The position numbers and the translations under genes are program-made. Below, in pieces: positions 18,976 to 27,106 of a stretch of 64,000 bases of DNA. The notes beneath the pieces are model-generated. The model did not search any database, was not told where the DNA came from, and saw only the letters and a program-made list of their open reading frames with translations. Position 1 is the first letter of the stretch, and each line of letters begins with the position of its first letter. Source of the DNA: a bacterium (GTDB lineage Bacteria > Patescibacteriota > Patescibacteriia > JACPHY01); assembly GCA_030646955.1 (NCBI GenBank), contig JAUSKM010000035.1:3944-67943 (forward strand). Reading direction: 5' to 3'.

Positions 18976-19779
18976 ATGCAGCAGGAGGTGCGGAGGATTG
19001 GTGTTGCCATGGGCATCGCGGTCGTCGTGCTCGTGGCGGCAGCGGGTGCGTATGTCTGGTATGTACAGCAGCCGGCGGCGATGCCGGAGGTTCCATTAAC
19101 GTTCACGAGTGCGAAAACAATTGAATCATCCGTCGCACATCGCGCCGTTGCGGACCTTCCGGCGGTTGATGGTCTCCCGGATCGCGCGGAGCAGCGTGCA
19201 ATCAATGCGGCAATGCGGCAGCCAATGTTGCAGGCGCTCGCAGCGATCGAGCGCAAGGCGCTTGCAGATCGGCCGGATCTGCACGGCGATGGAATCTATA
19301 CGTTTCGGAGTACGTTCACGGTCGAGCGTTTTACCGATCGAGCGGTGAGCGTTCGGTTTATGACGGAGGAGTACGCGGGCGGTGCGCATCCGCGTACCAC
19401 GGTGTCGGCATACACCTACGACTTTGCGCAGCATCGTGCTGTTGTGCTGGATGATCTGTTTGCCCGGCAGGATGAGCCGTACCTGCTGACGCTGACGCGA
19501 TTGACGAATGGCGCGCTCCTCACGAAGTTTGATTTGGGGAAGGATGCAGATCCGGATCTTGTGGCATGGGTTGATCGAGGAACTGCGCCAGATACGCGCC
19601 ATTTCGAGGTCGTGACGTTCAACGATCGCGGGACGACATTTTGGTTTGACCCCGGCGAGGTCGCCCCGATCGCCGCGGGAGTGCTTGCAGCGGAAATTCC
19701 ATACGAGGAGTTGCGGGGGATTGTCAGAGCGGGTAGTGTGTTGGAAGAGTACCTCGTACAATCTTCTGTTCCGCGGTAG
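18976..19779 (+). CDS. Membrane-anchored DUF4163/DUF3298 (RsiV/PdaC-like) domain protein
   Basis: N-terminal TM, then ...FMTEEYAGGAHPRTTVSAYTYDF, a block typical of DUF3298. The 3' end overlaps tRNA-Asn by 10 nt. Confidence 0.5.
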   Translation: MQQEVRRIGVAMGIAVVVLVAAAGAYVWYVQQPAAMPEVPLTFTSAKTIESSVAHRAVADLPAVDGLPDRAEQRAINAAMRQPMLQALAAIERKALADRPDLHGDGIYTFRSTFTVERFTDRAVSVRFMTEEYAGGAHPRTTVSAYTYDFAQHRAVVLDDLFARQDEPYLLTLTRLTNGALLTKFDLGKDADPDLVAWVDRGTAPDTRHFEVVTFNDRGTTFWFDPGEVAPIAAGVLAAEIPYEELRGIVRAGSVLEEYLVQSSVPR

Positions 19780-19841
19780 CTCAAGGGTAGAGCAGTGCGC
19801 TGTTAACGCATTGGTTGCAGGTTCGAATCCTGCCCGCGGAG
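19770..19841 (+). tRNA. tRNA-Asn (anticodon GTT)
   Basis: Manual fold. Acceptor TCCGCGG/CCGCGGA, D-arm GCTCAAGGGTAGAGC, anticodon loop CTGTTAA, T-arm GCAGGTTCGAATCCTGC, discriminator G. Confidence 0.85.
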
Positions 19842-19874
19842 CAGAGGGTTGTACGTCGAGAGCGCATCATGCAA

Positions 19875-19910
19875 TACCCACCGGACAGACGTCCGGTGGG
19901 TATTGTTTTC
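19875..19910 (+). terminator. Rho-independent terminator ATACCCACCGGAC-agac-GTCCGGTGGGTAT + TGTTTTC, after tRNA-Asn
   Basis: 13-bp perfect stem followed by a U-run. Confidence 0.6.
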
Positions 19911-19943
19911 AGGCACGAGAAAGCACCTGCCGTAGCAGGTGCT
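19911..19943 (-). terminator. Terminator hairpin AGCACCTGC-cgta-GCAGGTGCT for the convergent minus-strand gene
   Basis: 9-bp perfect stem with TTCTCGTG following on the minus strand. Confidence 0.45.
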
Positions 19944-19992
19944 CAGGGGAGACGTTGTCACAGGTGGTGCAGCGTGCGTTGCGCGGTCACCC

Positions 19993-20682
19993 TCAGGCAT
20001 TGGGCGCGTGAGAGATCTCGCCGGGGAAGCACCGCTGGAATTCCGCCGGAAGGAACTGCGTTTTCTCCGGAATGCTCATGGTGCTGCTGGGCGTGTAGTC
20101 GCTGCTCGATGCATTTGCGGCGTTGCCGCGGTTGCTCATCGTACGCGACGCGCGCTCGCGAGTGGAGGCTTCGGCACTCGTCAATCTCTCTGCATCGCCA
20201 TCCGCGTCCTCGATGCGCTGGATTTCGGATCTGATGGCCTCGTAGCGCGCGCTTGCCGCCTCGATGGTTTTGCCGGCCGCGAGTGCGTCCAACTTCGCCT
20301 TGGAGATGTTGCGCTCATGGGCCTTCTTCATCGCCACGAGCTGCCAACGGTAGTCGCGCTGCTCATTCCCCAGCGCCTCGATCACCGGGATGTCCAGCTC
20401 CTCCGTGATGCGGGTGAGCTCTGCGGCCGCTGCCCGGTAGATCTTCTTGGCCTCCTCGCACTCACCGCGTGCCGGCACGATGTCGACGAGTCGCAGCTGC
20501 TTCTCCAGCGTTACCCGGTACTGCTGCCGGGCCGTCTGGAACGTCTGCCCCTCGATACGGGGCGCTGCCTTCTGCTGCGGTGCTGCCGTCGCCGAGGACG
20601 TGCTTGCCGGAGCAGCAGTAGTTTTTTCCGCCTCAGCGATGCCCGTTCCGAGCAGCACCGCCAACATAATCATCACGCGCAT
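19993..20682 (-). CDS. Secreted hypothetical coiled-coil protein (signal peptide)
   Basis: N-terminal MRVMIMLAVLLGTGIAEA followed by a charged helical sequence. Confidence 0.5.
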   Translation of the reverse strand: MRVMIMLAVLLGTGIAEAEKTTAAPASTSSATAAPQQKAAPRIEGQTFQTARQQYRVTLEKQLRLVDIVPARGECEEAKKIYRAAAAELTRITEELDIPVIEALGNEQRDYRWQLVAMKKAHERNISKAKLDALAAGKTIEAASARYEAIRSEIQRIEDADGDAERLTSAEASTRERASRTMSNRGNAANASSSDYTPSSTMSIPEKTQFLPAEFQRCFPGEISHAPNA

Positions 20683-21039
20683 AGCGCCTCCTTGGAATCG
20701 TTTGTTGCTCGATTTTCCGAAAGGACGCGCCGTCTAGGAGCGTGCGATGTGGGATACGAATCCCTCCGGCTGTGTGCCATTGCACGGCAGCCAGATTGTA
20801 CATCGCCGTCTCCCTACCCTCGTGAGCGTCGTAGATGTATACGGTGCTCGCGAGGGTAGGGATGATTGCCGGACGCATGGATGATGGAAGGAGCGACCAC
20901 AGTCATTAAGGTGCATACTCTATTGATAGCGCGCAGAGATGAAAGAACCATGAACAGGCATTCGGTGCTCGCAATGCACATCGTTGCATGGGGGTATGTA
21001 TGGTACAGTAAAGGCATCTGGATTGATACGTATTTTGCT

Positions 21040-21537
21040 ATGGAACAGCAACCGATACCCGCGCAATCGGCAGGCAAGCCGCGGCGCGCATGGAAGAAGT
21101 GGGTGGGTGCACTCGTCCTGCTCGCGCTTATCGCGTTCATTGCCTGGCAAGGCGTAGCTGAGGAGCCGCGTGCGGTGCCACAGGCGCTCGTCGGTACTGC
21201 GGTCATCCTTCGTGATCCGGCGGCAAGTGCGGCGTTGGGCGAGGCGGTGTCGTTCCGATGGGAAGTGCGCGCGCCCGTTGGTGCGTCCGCAGTACACACG
21301 GCAATCCATTGGGGCTCGGTGTCCGTTCCAGGTACCCTCGGGTATGAGGTCGCGCCCGATGCCACCGCGTACAGCGAGTTCCTTTCGGATTACGCGACGG
21401 GCCAGCATGCGCTCCCTCGCGAGTTCACCGGTGCCATCATTTTTCCGCAGCCCGGTACCTCCTTCCTCCGCGCTCACGCCGTCATTGACGGGGTCAATGT
21501 TTGGTCGCCGGAACATCAGATTGTCATTGAGGGGTGA
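21040..21537 (+). CDS. Hypothetical membrane-anchored protein
   Basis: A basic N-terminus then a TM helix (KKWVGALVLLALIAFIAW) and a soluble domain. Start taken at the internal ATG. Confidence 0.45.
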   Translation: MEQQPIPAQSAGKPRRAWKKWVGALVLLALIAFIAWQGVAEEPRAVPQALVGTAVILRDPAASAALGEAVSFRWEVRAPVGASAVHTAIHWGSVSVPGTLGYEVAPDATAYSEFLSDYATGQHALPREFTGAIIFPQPGTSFLRAHAVIDGVNVWSPEHQIVIEG

Positions 21538-21595
21538 GGATGCTTGACATCCGATCGGTCATGTGCAACAGTTGGTACAAGATGGGAGGGGACCA

Positions 21596-21756
21596 TGACC
21601 GTACTGAGCTGGCTCTTTGGGAGTGCGGTTGTTACGCTCGCCTATTGCATGTGGGAGGCAACGTATCGTTTTCCTGTGTGTCCGCAGTGCGGTGACAACG
21701 GGTGCGTACAATTTCACGGGAGGCCGATGTGTTTGCGCCACGGTGTCCTCCGCTGA
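21596..21756 (+). CDS. Small Cys-rich hypothetical protein (53 aa, possible zinc ribbon CPQCGDNGC...C)
   Basis: Short ORF with RBS GGGAGGGG. Low confidence. Confidence 0.2.
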
Positions 21757-21928
21757 TCCGGCGGCTCCTCTCTGGGGAGCCGCCTTCATATTGCGTTTGG
21801 TACACTGGCACCAGGAGAGCTTCTGGTTTTTGGTCCTGTGGCCAACGCGTTCCCTTGGGCGCAATTCAAAAAGCGCATGCGGGTGTAGTATAGTAGTATT
21901 CCGTTTCTCAGCGTTCCGTTTTTAGCGT

Positions 21929-22456
21929 ATGCGTAGCATGTCCTACGAAAAATCAGCAGGTGCCATTATTTACTGCATCAAGCAGGAGGAGGGGAAGCGG
22001 CCGGTGCCGTATTTTTTGCTGTTGCGTTATCCGGGCGGGTATTGGGAGTTCGCGCGGGGGCATATGGAAGAGGGCGAGCGTGAGCACGCGACGGCGAAGC
22101 GGGAAATCCAGGAGGAGACCGGACTCACGGGCCTCCAATTCCTTTCGGGTTTCCGCGAGCAGTATCGGTTCCATTTCAAGCGGAGCGGCAAGGCGATTAC
22201 GAAAGATGCCGTGCTCTACCTTGCGCAGGCCCCGCGCTGGCGCGTCCGCGTATCCGAGGAGCACTTTGGGTTCGCCTGGATGCCGTACAGCGACGCGCTC
22301 GCGCATCTGCATTTTGAGAATTCCAAGGATGTGCTTCAGAAAGCGCATGTATTTCTCCAGCGGCGTCGTAAGAGCGACAAAGAAAAGCAACCGCAGAACG
22401 GTTCACCCAAACGGAACGCGGCCGCGCACGGAGATGGCTCCACCAAACGGAGTTGA
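21929..22456 (+). CDS. NUDIX hydrolase
   Basis: Nudix box GGYWEFARGHMEEGEREHATAKREIQEETGL. Confidence 0.8.
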   Translation: MRSMSYEKSAGAIIYCIKQEEGKRPVPYFLLLRYPGGYWEFARGHMEEGEREHATAKREIQEETGLTGLQFLSGFREQYRFHFKRSGKAITKDAVLYLAQAPRWRVRVSEEHFGFAWMPYSDALAHLHFENSKDVLQKAHVFLQRRRKSDKEKQPQNGSPKRNAAAHGDGSTKRS

Positions 22457-22699
22457 CGGCAACGGGCATGGTGCTATCATAGAACATACAGTATGACGAA
22501 CACGTCGAGCGCATCCATGACGATGACCCGTTGGGTCGAGTTCCTCACGCATTACGCGAGAGGGGTGGTTGCGCGTGCACGGAATTCGTTCGAGCTATAA
22601 CGGAACATCCCGCACACCACAACGCCCCTCTCGGATACCGAGGGGGGCGTTGCCTTGTGTCGGGAGAGGGTTCTTTCCCAACAGGATCGGAGGTATGCC

Positions 22700-22894
22700 A
22701 TGCGTCGAATGCGTGCGGTGCGGCACAGCGCAATGCCGAACGATGTGGGTGATTGTGATGCGTTGGGTTGGCAGCAGAGCGATCGCTCGGATGCCATTGA
22801 CGGTGATGACGGAGCCGATGCGTTCGGCTGGTCTGGGGTGTCCTCGGACGAGCGGTGCGGTTCGGACGGTGATCGGTTCGATGATGTGCTGTAG
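22700..22894 (+). CDS. Small acidic hypothetical protein (64 aa) with repeated D-A-x-G-W motifs
   Basis: The RBS GGAGG sits 6 nt upstream of its ATG. It lies in an otherwise gene-free ~900-nt stretch. Low confidence. Confidence 0.25.
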   Translation: MRRMRAVRHSAMPNDVGDCDALGWQQSDRSDAIDGDDGADAFGWSGVSSDERCGSDGDRFDDVL

Positions 22895-23356
22895 TTCCGT
22901 GAGTGGAGACGGTTGGAGGACGTGGGAAGGAATCCCGCGAACTTCTAGCCCAACCGTCTCCAATTCTCGGTATACCACGACGGAGGTGCTCCGTCGAGCA
23001 GGAGGATTGTATGTGTTCGTTGTTGCATATCGTGTGTGAACCCATGGTGCGTGGTTGGGAGGATGTGGCGCACCATGGTGCGCACAGCACGCCGCGCGAT
23101 GATGCATTCTTCGCGGGGGCGTCCGTAAAGCGGGTGCGGGTTGCGCCGGGCATCACCGCGTACGTGGCGGAAGCCGCAGAGCGTGCGATCATCGTGGCCG
23201 CTCGTAGTATATCCGTGGCACATGTCGCGCTCGCGCGGCTGCCGGTACGCGGAGACATGATCCGTGCAGGGACGACGCACTACGTGGTGCGCGTCTCGAG
23301 TGATCCGTCGCTGCTGCCTCCTCGGGGTGCGCATCGCTGGTGATGCGGTACGGGGC

Positions 23357-23385
23357 TTGACAGGTTGCCGCAGGAGTGGTACGGT
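23357..23385 (+). promoter_or_regulatory. Promoter TTGACA-N17-TACGGT (shared 10-mer GTGGTACGGT) upstream of the M23 peptidase
   Basis: A perfect -35 and an identical extended -10 region to the PBP1A promoter at 27032-27060. Confidence 0.45.
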
Positions 23386-23424
23386 GCCCAGGCGCGGGAT
23401 GTTTTCTTGCGCCGAGGAGGTGCC

Positions 23425-24048
23425 ATGCTTCGACTGGTGTTCGCGATGCTCGCGCTTGCGGCCGCATCGTGCGGCAGCGGGCAGGGCATCCACGGGTGTA
23501 CGGCTGGTGCTCGGCAACAGGCCGTGCGGGTGCGCGAACGTATCACGCAGATTGCGTGGGGGAATGTGCATCGGCGAACGACCTCGCGTGAGCGCGTGGA
23601 TCCGCTCCGTGCTTCCGCGACGCCGCCTCCCGCACTGCGTCAGCTCTCGTGGCCGATCGAGACCCGCGGCGAGATCTCGTCCGTGTTTGGCGATTCGCGT
23701 CCTGGGCGGCGTCATCAAGGTGTAGACATTGCGATCAGATCCGGCACGCCCGTGCTTGCCGCCGCCGATGGCGTCGTCGTTGCATCCGGCTGGAACGGCG
23801 GCTACGGATCCACGATCCTCGTGGCGCACCGAAACGGCTACCGGACGCGCTACGCGCACTTGAGCACGCGGTTCGTCAGGATCGGCGATCGCGTCGCACG
23901 CGGCGCGGCCATCGGCACTATCGGGTCCACCGGCACATCGTCCGGGCCGCACCTGCACTACGAGGTGCTCCGCCACGGCAGGCCCGTGAACCCGCTCCTG
24001 TTCTACCATCTCCGCGAGCCAGCGCCCACGCTGCTCGCACGACGATGA
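23425..24048 (+). CDS. M23 family metallopeptidase lipoprotein (LytM-like)
   Basis: Lipobox AAASC and M23 motifs HQGVDIA...GYGSTILVAH...HLHYEV. RBS GAGGAGG. Confidence 0.8.
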   Translation: MLRLVFAMLALAAASCGSGQGIHGCTAGARQQAVRVRERITQIAWGNVHRRTTSRERVDPLRASATPPPALRQLSWPIETRGEISSVFGDSRPGRRHQGVDIAIRSGTPVLAAADGVVVASGWNGGYGSTILVAHRNGYRTRYAHLSTRFVRIGDRVARGAAIGTIGSTGTSSGPHLHYEVLRHGRPVNPLLFYHLREPAPTLLARR

Positions 24049-24050
24049 TT

Positions 24051-24085
24051 GCATTCCAGAGAGGGAGACCCACCAAGGGTCTCCC
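24051..24085 (+). terminator. Terminator GAGGGAGACCC-accaa-GGGTCTCCCTC + TTCACTATTGTGT
   Basis: 11-bp perfect stem. Confidence 0.55.
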
Positions 24086-24185
24086 TCTTCACTATTGTGT
24101 GTCTTATTCCGCCTTCCCAGGAGAGTCGTTTTTCTTGGCACTATTGCGATACTATTCAACTCCTGTCAGACAACAAACATCGTTC

Positions 24186-24214
24186 TTGACAACCGTGCGT
24201 CTTTCTGCTACTCT
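24186..24214 (+). promoter_or_regulatory. Promoter TTGACA-N17-TACTCT upstream of the large membrane protein gene
   Basis: Consensus -35 and a near-consensus -10, followed by a ~115-nt leader. Confidence 0.45.
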
Positions 24215-24217
24215 CAA

Positions 24218-24262
24218 GGGTCAATGGCCCGTGCAATACTGGGTCCATTGATCAGTTTTTTC
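24218..24262 (+). promoter_or_regulatory. Leader hairpin (GG)TCAATGG...CCATTGA followed by TTTTTT: a possible attenuator in the 5' UTR
   Basis: Inverted repeat plus a U6 run between the promoter and RBS AAAGGGG. Confidence 0.35.
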
Positions 24263-24332
24263 TCAATTCATTTCGTATCGTTTTCGGTTTGTGCGGCAAT
24301 CCGATGGACGATCAACCTGAAAGGGGTATCCG

Positions 24333-26945
24333 ATGACATCGCTGATGTGGGCGCTCGCCGTGTGCTGCGGCGTTGCGCTCTGGTTCTTCGTCGGGGCAGT
24401 GTTCGGGCAGCTTGCGCCGGATCTGCAGGCGCGTATCTCGCAGTGGTGCAGTCACACCACCGATCGGCTTCGCGGCGGTGGACGTGCCGCGTTTGCGAGT
24501 GCGCTCGTGTGCCTGCGCGTCTTGGACGAGAAGGTACGCGCGCTCTGGCAGTTCGGACGAGAGCACCTCCCGTCCGACGTCGAAGCGCAGCGCGATCCCG
24601 ATGCCCCGCGGCAGAGTTCCGCGCGGCCGGACATGTCGGTTCCGCGTATCGTGTCGCGCGAGGAGCAGGACGACGATGTGCCAAACGCGTTCATCGTGCT
24701 CGTGATGACGTTGCTCTTCCTTGCGGCGGCTATCGGGAATTGGTTCCTCATGCGCGACATCGCGCCGGACCTCTTCTCGCTGTCGCAGGATGACCTCACC
24801 ACTGCCACCGGCGCGCTCCTCCTTGCAATCGCCTCGTTCGTCATCGTACTCGGCGAAGTGGGGAGCGGGTTTGCCGCGAAGTACGAGAGTCGGCGGCAGA
24901 AGTCCGCACGGATGGCATGGTTCATGTTTGCCATCTGCTACCTGGTGGAGCTTGCTGCTGGCGCACGGCGCGCAATTTCGTTCTTCGACGTGGGCGCGCC
25001 GATCAACGGTGTATCCCCGGATCTTCCGTCGAGCAACATCACGCACGCTGCGTTCTGGATTGGATTCGCTGCGGGTCTCCCGTGGCTGATCTTCTGCGCG
25101 AGCTACTACATGGAGCCCGCGTACAGCCGGTGGTTCGGGCCGTTCGTCCGTACGGTGGCAAGCGGGATTGGCAGCGCCATCCTCTGGATTGTCCGCAACA
25201 TCGGCCCCGCAACCATGGGGCTCGTGCGGGTGGCGATCGTGATTCTGGGTGTCGCAGTCCTGCTCGCCGCAACGATCGTGCTCGGCATCGGTCTCGTGGT
25301 GGCATCGGTCTTCCTGTTCGTGCTCGGCGCGGTACTCTACGCATTGAGTTTCGTGTTGGAGATTGTCATCGGCGTGCTGCAGATCGTACTGTGGTGTGTC
25401 ATCACCGTGCCGGCGGAGATCGTCGGTGCGCTCACCCGCGCCGTGCGCGGAAGACGAAGGGAGGAAGCGGTGAGCAATGTGGTGGATCTTGGGGGATCGC
25501 GTACGGAGCGGCCACCCGTCCGCAGGGGCAGTGGTCCCACCGGTACGGCCGCGCTGCTGGCCGCGTGTGGTCTCGCAGTGATGCAGGGCAACTGTGGTTC
25601 CGGGTCCACGTCCGGGGATTACGAGCAGGCATTCTGCGCGAATCCCGACATGACGTTCGAGACGGTAGCGGAGCAGGACCTCGCCATGGTGCAGATTCCG
25701 GAAGCGACGTTTCGGAAGATCGCGAACCCGGATCTGGTGGCCTACATCAACGATCACCACCAGGTGGTGCAGGTGGCGCATCCGAGCGTCCATGTGTGTC
25801 TGGCAGATCTCTCCGCGTCCGTGCGGTCCGAGCAGCTTCGTACCGCGGTGCTCCAGCATTGCGCAGAGATCGTCTCACGCGTGTCGGAGCAGCAGGGACC
25901 GGAGACGACGGGCGTGGTCATTCCCATCGTGGATGCGGGCGTGGCATCAGAGACGCCGTATGCTCTGATCGCGGGGGAGCGGATTCCGACGCGGTGTGCG
26001 ATCAACCCGCCGTTCCCGGAGCTGCACAACCTGAACACCACGGCGGGGCCGCAGGTCAAGCAGCGCAAGCAGTTCTTCGAGCAGGTGCTCGGCTGCTGCG
26101 ACCAGCGCGTCACTGCGCTGCAGACCGATATGGTGACGAAGCGGGGTGCCGTGAGCAGGACGTTCGTTACGCAGGTGATCACGGAGTTCCGTGGTGTCTC
26201 ACCGCAACGAACGGACATCTTTGCGAGCATCAAGTTCGCGGATGAGCTGATCGGGCGGATCGAGCAACAGCAGGGCGTGCACTTCGCGCAGCGGCGCATC
26301 TCGTTGGTGTCCGACCTGGAGGACGACGCGAACGGGTGCACGGTCACGGAAGATGCGGTGGCCTGTCCGGAGACGGTCTTCGCAATGCCAGCGGCGGTCT
26401 GCAAACATCGCGGTGACACGACGTGTCAGGCGTACCAGGTGCGTCAGGCCACGTTGGGCTCGCGCCAAAGCAGGACGTTCGTGCGGGACAAGCTGGTGCG
26501 CGAGCAGCGGGAGCAGGCGTGGGCGACGTTTTGGAGGGAGGCCGTCGGGGTCTCGTCCAGTACGTTCACCCCGCCGCCTGCGTTGGGTCAGGAACGTAGT
26601 GGTGCGCATCCGGAGCCGTCCGTCACTTTCGTGCCGTCACAGCCGCGTCCGGCACCGCCTCGCGCGGAGCCGGAACCGCAGCAGCCGGGCTGCGATACGT
26701 CCTCCATCGTCAGCAAGTACGATGCGATGCGGACGCGGATGCTCTCGCGCCAGGCGTGGAAGGCGTACGGCGATGCACTGGCCGCATGCGCGCCGGCTAC
26801 GGAGCCGTGGGGAGCGATCGGCGTCTCGCGCCAGGTCTACCAGGAAGAGTACGTCTTCCGTTTCCTGGGCAACGATATGGTACTCGGGGGGTGGTACGGG
26901 AGCGATGCGCCCCGGGCGTACGGTTCGCTTCAACGCGATTGGTGA
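24333..26945 (+). CDS. Large hypothetical polytopic membrane protein (870 aa; ~10 TM helices plus a Cys-rich extracytoplasmic C-terminal domain)
   Basis: A long uninterrupted ORF with hydrophobic helices through ~aa 370. The C-terminal 450 aa has about 14 Cys. No recognised domain. Confidence 0.6.
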   Translation: MTSLMWALAVCCGVALWFFVGAVFGQLAPDLQARISQWCSHTTDRLRGGGRAAFASALVCLRVLDEKVRALWQFGREHLPSDVEAQRDPDAPRQSSARPDMSVPRIVSREEQDDDVPNAFIVLVMTLLFLAAAIGNWFLMRDIAPDLFSLSQDDLTTATGALLLAIASFVIVLGEVGSGFAAKYESRRQKSARMAWFMFAICYLVELAAGARRAISFFDVGAPINGVSPDLPSSNITHAAFWIGFAAGLPWLIFCASYYMEPAYSRWFGPFVRTVASGIGSAILWIVRNIGPATMGLVRVAIVILGVAVLLAATIVLGIGLVVASVFLFVLGAVLYALSFVLEIVIGVLQIVLWCVITVPAEIVGALTRAVRGRRREEAVSNVVDLGGSRTERPPVRRGSGPTGTAALLAACGLAVMQGNCGSGSTSGDYEQAFCANPDMTFETVAEQDLAMVQIPEATFRKIANPDLVAYINDHHQVVQVAHPSVHVCLADLSASVRSEQLRTAVLQHCAEIVSRVSEQQGPETTGVVIPIVDAGVASETPYALIAGERIPTRCAINPPFPELHNLNTTAGPQVKQRKQFFEQVLGCCDQRVTALQTDMVTKRGAVSRTFVTQVITEFRGVSPQRTDIFASIKFADELIGRIEQQQGVHFAQRRISLVSDLEDDANGCTVTEDAVACPETVFAMPAAVCKHRGDTTCQAYQVRQATLGSRQSRTFVRDKLVREQREQAWATFWREAVGVSSSTFTPPPALGQERSGAHPEPSVTFVPSQPRPAPPRAEPEPQQPGCDTSSIVSKYDAMRTRMLSRQAWKAYGDALAACAPATEPWGAIGVSRQVYQEEYVFRFLGNDMVLGGWYGSDAPRAYGSLQRDW

Positions 26946-26960
26946 ACGATGTGCTTTCTT

Positions 26961-26998
26961 GAGGGGCGGTCCATGTGACCGCCCCTCTTCTTTTTGCT
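26961..26998 (+). terminator. Rho-independent terminator GAGGGGCGGT-ccatgtg-ACCGCCCCTC + TTCTTTTTGCTCTTTTTG
   Basis: 10-bp GC stem followed by a strong U tract. Confidence 0.7.
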
Positions 26999-27031
26999 CT
27001 TTTTGTGTGCGATTCTTCATAGCTGCTTCAC

Positions 27032-27060
27032 TTGACATCGATGGCGTTTTGTGGTACGGT
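27032..27060 (+). promoter_or_regulatory. Promoter TTGACA-N17-TACGGT (GTGGTACGGT) upstream of the PBP gene
   Basis: Same architecture as 23357-23385. Confidence 0.45.
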
Positions 27061-27106
27061 CGAGGCGGATCTTTCATATCTCAACAGCGAGAGAAGGAGA
27101 TTGGTA

